DNA from: a virus
Strand: one strand, 5' to 3'
Virus record (IMG/VR): IMGVR_UViG_3300012205_000001
Span: 1-44,042 of that record
Length of the DNA stretch: 44,042 nt
The position numbers and the translations under genes were made by a program. The number at the start of each line of letters is the position of its first letter. Within the stretch, counting starts at the first letter, position 1. A model generated the notes under the pieces. It saw only the letters and a list, made by a program, of their open reading frames with translations, made no database searches and was not told the DNA's origin. Positions 1 through 7,384 of this stretch are shown piece after piece.

Positions 1-123
1 CGCTCGATGGAGCGTCCGGCCTCACGCGACCATTGGCCGGTCAATCGTCAGCAGCGGGGCGCCCGGATGGATGATCGCCCCCACCGATCGCGCAGATTGA
101 CCCCACTGCTCGATTTGCGTCTC
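1..123. repeat. Terminal direct repeat; identical copy at 43920..44042 (circular assembly overlap or terminal redundancy)
   Basis: Read directly: the first 123 nt of the window recur exactly as its last 123 nt. The repeat contains the 3' end of the minus-strand peptidase gene. Confidence 0.85.
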
Positions 124-542
124 CAGCCACCGGCGCCAGTCGTCATCACCGCCGGCGGGAAACGACCCAGCTTGCAGCAGATGCAGGACCGCGGGAAGCT
201 CCAGGTGCGGAATCTCGAACGATAGGGCTCGCAGACCGAGGCCGGTTCCGATCTCCTGGTACCGCTGCCACATGCCGGCGTCTGGCTCGGACCACGTCCA
301 GCCGTCGTCGACCTTGAAAACGTAGTCCACCGCCAGCCCGTATTGATGGAAGCTCTCCCAAGCGCGGGCCCGCGTAACGTGCCGGCCCGGCCGACGGCGT
401 AAAGCTCGGCTTGGCGGAACGGTGTGCGGCAGCATTCATAGGGCTGCAGCGGAATGCCGGCCTTATATAATTGCAGGTCGAGCTCGGGCAGTAAACCGCG
501 CAGCGCCGGGTGCAGAGTCAAGGTGCTAGGGTCGCGCGCCAT
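22..542 (-). CDS. Peptidase M15 (VanY / L-Ala-D-Glu peptidase-like) endolysin, apparently split by a frameshift near 360-380
   Basis: Track ORF 22..435 carries SFHQYGLAVDYV (SxHxxGxAxD zinc-binding signature) and FEIPH (ExxH). The N-terminal half RTPFRQAELYAVGRAGT lies in the overlapping frame of ORF 48..620, beginning at the Met at 540-542. The span 22..542 is 521 nt, not a multiple of 3. Confidence 0.6.
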
Positions 543-1243
543 CAGCGCAGCCCACGGCGGTGGGTACGGGATAGCGGATCGGCGGCCTTGCGATCCATGC
601 GGGCCGCCATGTGGTGCCAATTCGGGTCGAGCTCGCGCCCGAAATCGCTGCTGATGAACCCGTCAGGATCGCGGATCAGCCGATAGCCGCCCCCAGTGCG
701 ACTCAAGCAGAATGGCGCATCGACCGTGTCGAGATACGTGTAGGGCCGTGCTGCGCCGGCGACGAACCACGCCGGCAGGACGAAATCCGAGACCCAGATC
801 CGCCGCGTCTCGGATCCGATCGTCACCTCGATGTCGTAGCGGTCCCGCTCGCATGGGTCGCACAATTCGCGCGCCACCTGACGCCCGTCGGGCATCGGCA
901 GCCAGAGGTCGCACCTGGGGTCGGCGCGCAGCTCCAGGGCCTCATGGCTGAGCGTGGTAGCGTCCAGCGGGTCGACTGATGCCAAGACACGGCCGAACGC
1001 GAGGCCAGCCACGTCGTCGTGAAACCCAAGGGCGCCCATTTTGTCGATGTCATCGAGGATCGCCAGCGGCCAGAAGGTCCCCGCCGGCAGCCCGCTGAGC
1101 GTCGCGTAGGACCGCACGGGCCACGGCTCCTCGGCGAAGGCCGGTCCCCAATGCTGCTCCATCTGGATGTTGATGGCCCGCGCCTGGAACGCAAAATCGG
1201 CCGGCGTCAGGAGGCGGCTGCTGGCCTGGCAGGCGATTTCCAT
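542..1243 (-). CDS. Hypothetical protein (233 aa) between lysis membrane proteins and endolysin
   Basis: Track ORF; its stop overlaps the start of the downstream peptidase gene (TGATG) and its start overlaps the upstream stop, suggesting translational coupling. No motif recognised. Confidence 0.45.
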   Translation of the reverse strand: MEIACQASSRLLTPADFAFQARAINIQMEQHWGPAFAEEPWPVRSYATLSGLPAGTFWPLAILDDIDKMGALGFHDDVAGLAFGRVLASVDPLDATTLSHEALELRADPRCDLWLPMPDGRQVARELCDPCERDRYDIEVTIGSETRRIWVSDFVLPAWFVAGAARPYTYLDTVDAPFCLSRTGGGYRLIRDPDGFISSDFGRELDPNWHHMAARMDRKAADPLSRTHRRGLR

Positions 1244-1848
1244 CAGGGCAACTGATGGGTCGAGAGCCAGATTTCGGCATGATCGATCTTGAGCTGCGCG
1301 AGCCCATCCTCAGCGGCGAACGACTTGTCCTGGATCGCTTCGCCACGCAGCTGCGCGACCGCCTTGTTGACGACGCAGAGGCTGTATTTGATCGCCAGCG
1401 CTTCGAGCTGCGCGACGTAGTCCTTGACGACCAGCGCGGTTTCGACCGCAGGAAGGATCCCGGGCGACACCGCCTTCGCGCAATCGACGACGACGGGCGT
1501 CACATGGGCGCAGGAGGCCAGCGTCAGGAAGGTGATGATATACAGCTTTGCAAATAGTTGCATGATGAATCCTTTCACTCGGCTTCCAACGCGAGACGTA
1601 GTTCGTTCCACGTGTCTGGATCCGGTGATCGCCCACGCGACGCTGCGTAGCCGTTCCTCGACATCGAGGAGGGCGGCGGCCCGTCCTTCCGGGTCCAGTC
1701 CATCCGCACGGCGCGCAATCTCCAGCAGCGTGCATGTGATTCCACCAAATTGACGGGCATAGGCGTGGATGACGTCATACTCTGCCGACCTCCCATCATG
1801 ATGCGGAACCGGATCGCGAGACGGCGTAGAATGGTCATCATCGACCAC
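1243..1848 (-). CDS. Hypothetical protein; C-terminal part (from internal Met near 1563) has a lipoprotein-type signal peptide, possible outer-membrane lysis lipoprotein (o-spanin-like)
   Basis: Internal sequence MQLFAKLYIITFLTLASCAHV is a hydrophobic stretch ending in lipobox L-A-S-C, preceded by an AAAGGA-like RBS. Track ORF starts at GTG 1848. May be two genes (1564..1848 and 1243..1563). Confidence 0.4.
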   Translation of the reverse strand: MVDDDHSTPSRDPVPHHDGRSAEYDVIHAYARQFGGITCTLLEIARRADGLDPEGRAAALLDVEERLRSVAWAITGSRHVERTTSRVGSRVKGFIMQLFAKLYIITFLTLASCAHVTPVVVDCAKAVSPGILPAVETALVVKDYVAQLEALAIKYSLCVVNKAVAQLRGEAIQDKSFAAEDGLAQLKIDHAEIWLSTHQLP

Positions 1849-2100
1849 TGGCGCCTCTCGGTGGCGTGATCGCCTTCAGCACGGCAATCTCCTCCCCGTG
1901 TGTCCCCAGTCGCGCCATCGCATGGGCCAGCGTCGCGGCCAGGGCGGCATCACCCTCCTTCGACTCGCGTCGCATCTCGGTCACCTCGTTCTTGAGGCTC
2001 GTGAGCTCGGTCTCGAAGCGACCCCATATCCTCGCCAGCGCGAGGCCATAGATGATGAAACCGGCACCGGTCGAAAAGGCACCGATGTCGGCAATCGTCA
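1838..2100 (-). CDS. Small membrane protein: N-terminal TM helix plus coiled-coil region (holin/antiholin or i-spanin-like)
   Basis: From internal ATG: MTIADIGAFSTGAGFIIYGLALARIW, then charged helical ELTSLKNEVTEMRRESKEGD. The track ORF 1838..2290 extends upstream from a TTG with an Arg-rich, implausible N-terminus. Confidence 0.4.
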
Positions 2101-2283
2101 TGGCGACGTCACAACCGATGTCTTGGCCACCGCGCGGACCGACGGGCTGAGCGCCAGCGCGGCGCCGCCTATGGCCTGACAAAGGATGATGAGCCATGTC
2201 GGCGCTCCGCCCGCCACGGTGGCGATGGCGACCGATTGAGCGGCGCCGCCCAGGGCCAACATGATGCGATCGAAAGGTCCCAT
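2098..2283 (-). CDS. Small two-TM membrane protein, holin-like (61 aa)
   Basis: MGPFDRIMLALGGAAQSVAIATVAGGAPTWLIILCQAIGGAALALSP: two hydrophobic segments and a short polar C-terminus. Stop overlaps the ATG of the next membrane protein. Confidence 0.4.
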   Translation of the reverse strand: MGPFDRIMLALGGAAQSVAIATVAGGAPTWLIILCQAIGGAALALSPSVRAVAKTSVVTSP

Positions 2284-2286
2284 GAT

Positions 2287-2532
2287 TCAATCTCCTTTGT
2301 GGCTGCGAATCACGAGCGTCCGTTCATCGAGTATAGCGATGTTCTTTGCGCAATGGGTGACACGCTTTTCAAGCTCATCCATATCGCTCTCGATTTTCGT
2401 CAGACGCGTCTCTGAGGCCTCAAGATGGGACGTCGATCGACCATCACGCCAAACCCGCATCAGGACCATGACGGCGAAATTGGCGAGGAGTCCCACGACA
2501 GCGACGACTGCGGTGATGCCCTCCCAGTGCAT
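2287..2532 (-). CDS. Small membrane protein with N-terminal TM helix and coiled-coil (lysis-associated)
   Basis: MHWEGITAVVAVVGLLANFAVMVLMRVW then charged ETRLTKIESDMDELEKR. First gene of the small-membrane-protein run, downstream of motif copy D. Confidence 0.45.
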   Translation of the reverse strand: MHWEGITAVVAVVGLLANFAVMVLMRVWRDGRSTSHLEASETRLTKIESDMDELEKRVTHCAKNIAILDERTLVIRSHKGD

Positions 2533-2545
2533 TTATCTCGCACCC

Positions 2546-2577
2546 CGTCACCTGCCAGCAAAGCTGGGTCCTGTCAC
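2546..2577 (-). promoter_or_regulatory. Copy D of conserved 32-bp bipartite motif (GTGACA-N17-CAGGTGACG on minus strand) upstream of the lysis cassette
   Basis: Read directly; same length and spacing as copies at 6812..6843, 25473..25504 and 27706..27737. Confidence 0.4.
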
Positions 2578-4601
2578 GCGGTGAAGCTATCGGAGCGCCA
2601 GCGCACCAGAAAGCGCGTCTCCCATATTTCCCCACGCCGAAAAGTCGCCGCGCGGGTGCAGCCCTGGTAACGCACTTCGCTAATCCCACTCGTCGGCCAG
2701 GCGTAGCTGTCGGGGCGCTCCAGCACATCGCTGAATCGCTGCCCATCGCCCAGCGCATCGCGCATGACGGATTGCCGGTCACCGCCCCCCGCGTCGCCGC
2801 CGCCGCGCTGATACGCGACCCGAATGACGATCGTCGCCTCCCAATAGGCCTCCCCGATGGCCCGATTGCGCATCACGGGCGTGATGGCTTCGACGTCGGT
2901 GAAATAGTCGCCGTCCATCTTGCTGAGCGGCTCTTTGTCGAGTGTGAATCTGCAGCCGGACCGCAAACCGCCATCCGTAGAACTGGCCGACATGACAGCC
3001 GCCAGGCGGGCATCGATCTGAGTCAAGACGGCCGACAGGGGACAGAAGCGATTGTTGGTGGGCCCCGGCGTCACGCCGCCGCTGGTTGTGACGATCCCTG
3101 GACTGGCGGTCAGCCCGACGCCGCTGAGCGCCACCGCAAGCGACGGAACGATGCTGCCGGCCGCTGCGGTCGCGGCTGCGCCCGAGACGGCGACCGCTGT
3201 GCCGAACTGCAGGGTGCCGGCCAACGCGCTAGCCGCGTTGCCGGTGAGCGCCAGGGCCATCGCCAGTGCCACGCTGCCGACCCCGGCGGTCGCATTGCTC
3301 CCGACCGCCGGTACGTCGGTGGATGGCGTGACCGAGCCCGCCGAGGCAGTCGCCGCCTGGCCGGATAGTGCCACGGTGACATCCGAGCCGGCCGCGACCG
3401 TCGCGGCCCAATTGAGGGGGAAACGCGGCCGCCCGCCGATGGCCTGGGGTCGGCCGGGCCCGCGCAGAATAAACGGTACCGCTGCCGTGCGGCTGTCGGA
3501 GAGCAGGATCTGCGACCCAACATTACCGGCCGCCGTAGTGGCGGCCGCGCCCGTCAATGCGACATCGATGGCCGGCACCACCGTGCCGGCCGATACGGTC
3601 GCCCCCACGCCCGAGACCGGAACGGCCGTCGATGGTATGACGGTTCCGGCAGCGGCGGTTGACGCCTGGCCGGTCGCGGGGACATCGATCGCAATCGTGA
3701 CCGACCCTGCCGCCGTCGTGGCGGCCGAGCCCGTCAGTGCGACTGTGACGTCGCCCCCCGTCGGACTGGTCCATGTCAGGGGCTTAGCCGACGGCCCCAG
3801 GATGGGCATCGGCTTGCCGGGGCCACGCAGCAGGAAAGGTACCGCCATGGTGCGGGTGTCGAAGCCGGTGACCGGCGCGAAGAGATAGTTTTTTCGCGTC
3901 ATGGCCCGCATCAGGCGCGGCTTGGCGAGCGTCACATTTGGAACCGTCCGGATGATCGGTGCCCGCTCGCGAATGCTCAGGGTGCCGGTGTTGACGCCGA
4001 GGCCAGCGACCAGATCAACGCCGTTCAGATCATTGAGCGGATCGAGGAGGAGTGCATCATCACGGCGAATCTTGGTGAAGTCGGCGCCCCGGGCCAGCGC
4101 ATCGATCTCGTCCGGCCTGAGGCAGGTTCTCCACCAGCCGAATTGCTCTAACCAACAATCGGTCGTCGCGATCGTTGCATCAGTCCGCATCCAGAGCCGG
4201 ATATTGCTGGTCGTCGTCTGGCTGAAAGTACCGACCGGCGAACTGCTGGCCTGCTGTCGCCCGTCGATGTAGACGCGCATTGCCAGTGCGGCGCCGTCGT
4301 AGACCTGACAGACATGGATCCAATTCTTGTTCGTCCACTGAGCGGTCGTTGCCACCACCTGGCTACCGCTGCCGGTGATGACTTGCGCGCGGACGAGGTT
4401 GAATGCGCTGGCCGAGGGCGTGCCGACTGTAAAATCACCACTGACCGTCCCAACTCCGCGAGCGATGAATGCCCACTGAGCGACCGGCGTTATCTGAGGC
4501 TGGACCCAGATAGAGAGCGTATGGGACGTCGAGATGTCGAAGCGCCCATTGTTCGCATATTCGCGAAAGTTGGAACCGGAGGCGCCATTGTAGAGCGACA
4601 C
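2574..4601 (-). CDS. Tail fibre / receptor-binding protein: N-terminal LamG-like jellyroll domain, internally duplicated Ala/Thr/Gly/Val-rich shaft, C-terminal ~130-aa domain paralogous to gene 18515..19000
   Basis: N-terminus NKNWIHVCQVYDGAALAMRVYIDG resembles the LamG/concanavalin-like core. Two ~100-aa segments both begin AVPF(L/I)LRGPG. C-terminus aligns with the 18515 protein (FxLDKEP, VAYxRGGGDA, EVRYQG, GEIWExRF, WRSD). Starts at GTG. Confidence 0.6.
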   Translation of the reverse strand: MSLYNGASGSNFREYANNGRFDISTSHTLSIWVQPQITPVAQWAFIARGVGTVSGDFTVGTPSASAFNLVRAQVITGSGSQVVATTAQWTNKNWIHVCQVYDGAALAMRVYIDGRQQASSSPVGTFSQTTTSNIRLWMRTDATIATTDCWLEQFGWWRTCLRPDEIDALARGADFTKIRRDDALLLDPLNDLNGVDLVAGLGVNTGTLSIRERAPIIRTVPNVTLAKPRLMRAMTRKNYLFAPVTGFDTRTMAVPFLLRGPGKPMPILGPSAKPLTWTSPTGGDVTVALTGSAATTAAGSVTIAIDVPATGQASTAAAGTVIPSTAVPVSGVGATVSAGTVVPAIDVALTGAAATTAAGNVGSQILLSDSRTAAVPFILRGPGRPQAIGGRPRFPLNWAATVAAGSDVTVALSGQAATASAGSVTPSTDVPAVGSNATAGVGSVALAMALALTGNAASALAGTLQFGTAVAVSGAAATAAAGSIVPSLAVALSGVGLTASPGIVTTSGGVTPGPTNNRFCPLSAVLTQIDARLAAVMSASSTDGGLRSGCRFTLDKEPLSKMDGDYFTDVEAITPVMRNRAIGEAYWEATIVIRVAYQRGGGDAGGGDRQSVMRDALGDGQRFSDVLERPDSYAWPTSGISEVRYQGCTRAATFRRGEIWETRFLVRWRSDSFTA

Positions 4602-4613
4602 GCGCTCTCCCGC

Positions 4614-5090
4614 CTATTGCGCTTCCGGGTTATTCCCGATCCAGCGAAGCCAATGATTGGAACCGGTCGTATCGGTATTGACGGCAGTGTCATGATAGAA
4701 CATGACGCCGAAGCTGGGGCCGGGGTTCACGATGAACGCCTCGACATAAACCACGTCGCCCGTCGCTGGCGATGCCAGATTGCGCGCTACACCGATGAAT
4801 TCCGCATTGGCGCGTGTCAGCGCGCCGGCGGTCGCGGCGGCATTATCCGATCGGTGGGCCGTCCCGCCAGCATCACCGCGAATAGCATAGAGATAGAAGC
4901 CTTTGTTGCCGGTCGGTGAAGTGCCCTGCTTGAATTTTCCAAAGACGTGAATCAGAGAGTAACGCGTCACTGAATTATCGACCATGTCCGACTGTTGGCC
5001 AGCAAACGTCGTCGATGATGCGATATTCGCGATGGTGATCGTGAAGGCCGCGGATGCGGAGTATGTATCGAGGATGGCTGATTTTGCCAT
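4614..5090 (-). CDS. Hypothetical tail/fibre-associated protein (158 aa); same frame as the downstream fibre, separated by one TAG
   Basis: Track ORF. Both ORF starts are congruent mod 3, and only 4 sense codons lie between the TAG at 4614-4616 and the GTG at 4599-4601. Confidence 0.45.
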   Translation of the reverse strand: MAKSAILDTYSASAAFTITIANIASSTTFAGQQSDMVDNSVTRYSLIHVFGKFKQGTSPTGNKGFYLYAIRGDAGGTAHRSDNAAATAGALTRANAEFIGVARNLASPATGDVVYVEAFIVNPGPSFGVMFYHDTAVNTDTTGSNHWLRWIGNNPEAQ

Positions 5091-5534
5091 TTAGGTCGGC
5101 ACCCCCGTCGCGCGGCCCATGTCCCAAGTCGTAATCACAGTCCCGGTGCCGAATAAGATTTCGGCGCGACTCGCCGAGCGGTTGACGAATGCGATCAGAT
5201 TGGCGCGCGTGGTTGGCGCCGTGAGAGACGGAAACATGGCAAGAAAATTGGCCTGGACGGTCGCATTGCTGGCATCGATTTGCATGCAGGCCACATAAGA
5301 CATAAAAAGATTCTGGTTCGGTATTGATAGCAGAACGAACTCAGATTGAACGATTTGATTCATCAGCTGATAGCCGGCAATCACACCGGACCCAATCGTT
5401 TCGCTCGAACCACCGAGCGCGTTGATCAGCGCGACTCGTTGGGCGACGGTCTTGCCCGCATAGCCGAGCAGCTTCGGATCGTTGGTGATCTCGTTGCCGA
5501 GTGCCGTCAGCTGGCCGTTCGTGAGATCAGCCAT
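5091..5534 (-). CDS. Hypothetical tail module protein (147 aa)
   Basis: Track ORF, tightly packed with neighbours on the same strand; no motif recognised. Confidence 0.45.
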   Translation of the reverse strand: MADLTNGQLTALGNEITNDPKLLGYAGKTVAQRVALINALGGSSETIGSGVIAGYQLMNQIVQSEFVLLSIPNQNLFMSYVACMQIDASNATVQANFLAMFPSLTAPTTRANLIAFVNRSASRAEILFGTGTVITTWDMGRATGVPT

Positions 5535-5538
5535 CGCA

Positions 5539-6102
5539 TCAGTTGGGGCTAACGATCCTGAACTGATGGACCAGAATCGAATTGCTGGCGTTCGCGACCG
5601 ACCAGGTGCCGAACAGATCCACGACCGCAGATCCGGTGTTGTCGAAGCCGGTGCCGACGGCGGGGGCGCTGGCCGGGATGAGCAGGACGCCAGAGCCGCC
5701 GGTGCCGGGAACGGGCGAGCCGATGACCGCCTCCGAACTCCAGATTCCGGTATGCATCAGCGTGCAGGCCGTGCCACCGCCCACTGCACGACAGGTCAGG
5801 TCCCAATCGAGTTTCCAGGTCACGTTGGTTTTTGCCACGATGTTGAGCGCAAACGCGCCGCTGGTCGCTACAATGACCGAGCCGAACTTGAGATCGAATG
5901 TGAACGTCCCGGGCGTCGTGACGACCGTCGACATGCGGCCCGCCGCCTGGACCTTCAGCTCTTGGCCAATGGAGGAGAAGAAGCCGGGGAACAGCGTGAA
6001 TTTCGAGCCGGCATGCAGCAGACTGGTCGCCGTCGTGGTATTCGTGAGGGCGGCGCCATCGACCTGCGAGGTCCAGAGCGTTGAAGTGAATCCTTGCGAC
6101 AT
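5539..6102 (-). CDS. Hypothetical tail module protein (187 aa), Thr/Gly/Ser-rich
   Basis: Track ORF with beta-rich, fibre-like composition. Confidence 0.45.
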   Translation of the reverse strand: MSQGFTSTLWTSQVDGAALTNTTTATSLLHAGSKFTLFPGFFSSIGQELKVQAAGRMSTVVTTPGTFTFDLKFGSVIVATSGAFALNIVAKTNVTWKLDWDLTCRAVGGGTACTLMHTGIWSSEAVIGSPVPGTGGSGVLLIPASAPAVGTGFDNTGSAVVDLFGTWSVANASNSILVHQFRIVSPN

Positions 6103-6110
6103 GGGTTCTC

Positions 6111-6569
6111 CTATGCGATGCGAACGAGACCATTCGATGCGTCGTTGACCGGCATCGTGATCGTGAAGGTCCCGGCGGTGATCGTCTGACTGCCGAACGT
6201 GTAGACACCGATGGCCCGATTACTCTGCGTGCTGTTGTAGATCGTCACGCAATCGAACGCGGTCGTCAGCGTCACGGTCGTGTAGACGATGCTCGCGCTT
6301 GGCGTCCAGAATGCCGTTGTGCCGCTCGTCGTCGGCGCAGTTGCGTTCGTGACTGTGACGCCACCGGCCGAATATCCGGTGCCACTGACTTCGTTCGTTG
6401 CGCTGTAGGCCGTCGTCGCAGCGCCCTGGGTACCGGCGGTGGCGACATAGAGTGCCGCCTTCACGGTATCGGCGCCCGTGCCGCCACGCGTGACGGTCGT
6501 GCCCAGCGCGTGGAGTGCGGTCATCGCCTCGGACTTGAACGACGTGCAGATTGCCTGAACATTCGCCAT
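6111..6569 (-). CDS. Hypothetical tail module protein (152 aa), Thr/Ala/Gly-rich
   Basis: Track ORF; composition typical of fibre/baseplate proteins. Confidence 0.45.
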   Translation of the reverse strand: MANVQAICTSFKSEAMTALHALGTTVTRGGTGADTVKAALYVATAGTQGAATTAYSATNEVSGTGYSAGGVTVTNATAPTTSGTTAFWTPSASIVYTTVTLTTAFDCVTIYNSTQSNRAIGVYTFGSQTITAGTFTITMPVNDASNGLVRIA

Positions 6570-6572
6570 CGG

Positions 6573-6806
6573 TCAGCCCCCTACGGTCCCGGTCAATGCC
6601 GCCGCCAGCTGGCCGGCCTGCTTGAGCACCACATGAGCCGACCGGTGGACGATGAGATCACTACCCGGCAGCCGATACTCGACCCAATTCGTCAACTCGT
6701 TGTCGTTTTCGACCTGGCCCGTCAGCTTGACCAGCATCTCCTCGGGCACAGCGCACAACACGACGCCGCCGGGCTCCGGAGCGTCGAATTCATTCGGCTG
6801 ACCCAT
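6573..6806 (-). CDS. Hypothetical small protein (77 aa)
   Basis: Track ORF; ATG at 6804-6806 sits 5 nt downstream of motif copy A, whose AGGTGA serves as the Shine-Dalgarno. Confidence 0.4.
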   Translation of the reverse strand: MGQPNEFDAPEPGGVVLCAVPEEMLVKLTGQVENDNELTNWVEYRLPGSDLIVHRSAHVVLKQAGQLAAALTGTVGG

Positions 6807-6811
6807 ATAAG

Positions 6812-6843
6812 GGTCACCTGCCCAAGTCGAGACGGCCTGTCAA
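6812..6843 (-). promoter_or_regulatory. Copy A of conserved 32-bp bipartite motif (TTGACA-N17-CAGGTGACC on minus strand)
   Basis: TTGACAGGCCGTCTCGACTTGGGCAGGTGACC on the minus strand; 24 of 32 positions identical to copy B, including CGACTTGGGCAGGTGACC. Confidence 0.45.
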
Positions 6844-6994
6844 CAGCACTGAACGGCAGGTCAGCTTGCGGGAATTTTCGGGAGGTGCGAACGTTTCAGA
6901 TGCAGATCAGCTCCCGGCCTCATGAACCGTGGGTGGCGCTGGCGTCCCCGGCGCTGGGTCTGCCTAACCAGGGGACGGATGAAGGGACGGCATC

Positions 6995-7384
6995 ATGATG
7001 AAGCAACTCGGATTGATCGGGGTTTTGCTGACTGCTGGCTGCTTCGGCAGCCTGATTCTGATGACGGTCGGATGCGGAACGATTGATGAGCAGCCGACCG
7101 ATGAGAACGGGCAGCCCCTCACCTATTGCCCGCAGGATATCCCGGTGAACGTTTTCTCAGCTGGTGGTTGCCAGAATTGGATTGGCCCGAATCGTCCTCA
7201 ATGGCCAGCCGCCGGCATGAAGAAAGATGGTCGGTTCTGCGCGACGTGCTCATGGTTCACGAAGCCCAGCCCTGAAAATGGATTCACGCCTGGACCGACG
7301 ATTGGAATTGCCGATTGCATGATTGGCGGTCCGGATGCCTATCGTGGCGTACTCTGCGTCGCCTCCTGCGATGAATGTCAGTAG
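6995..7384 (+). CDS. Cys-rich secreted protein or lipoprotein (129 aa), opposite-strand insert (moron-like) in the tail module
   Basis: MMKQLGLIGVLLTAGCFGSLILMTVGCG is a signal-peptide-like N-terminus with Cys after the hydrophobic core; about 10 Cys in the mature part. GAAGGGA RBS before the ATG. Only plus-strand gene within 1-42 kb. Confidence 0.55.
   Translation: MMKQLGLIGVLLTAGCFGSLILMTVGCGTIDEQPTDENGQPLTYCPQDIPVNVFSAGGCQNWIGPNRPQWPAAGMKKDGRFCATCSWFTKPSPENGFTPGPTIGIADCMIGGPDAYRGVLCVASCDECQ

Noticed and set aside
7-225. Plus-strand ORF 7..225 and minus ORF 43753..43944 within or near the terminal repeat
   Set aside because: 7..225 is antisense to the 3' part of the peptidase gene; both are Arg/Pro-rich with no motifs and no convincing RBS.
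2030-2230. Apparent one-nucleotide disagreements between my manual codon reading and the ORF track near 2040 and 2221
   Set aside because: Both fall at line boundaries of the displayed sequence and cancel each other; most likely my own counting error rather than real indels, so track coordinates were used.
1838-2290. Track ORF 1838..2290 (150 aa) as a single protein
   Set aside because: It begins at a TTG and its first ~60 residues are Arg/His/Gly-rich. The overlapping 61-aa holin-like ORF in another frame and an internal ATG giving a TM-plus-coiled-coil protein are more plausible.
3052-3888. Plus-strand ORFs (278 aa and others) antisense to the tail-fibre gene
   Set aside because: Overlap a minus-strand gene with a recognisable LamG-like domain; translation is Ala/Pro/Thr-rich low complexity without motifs.
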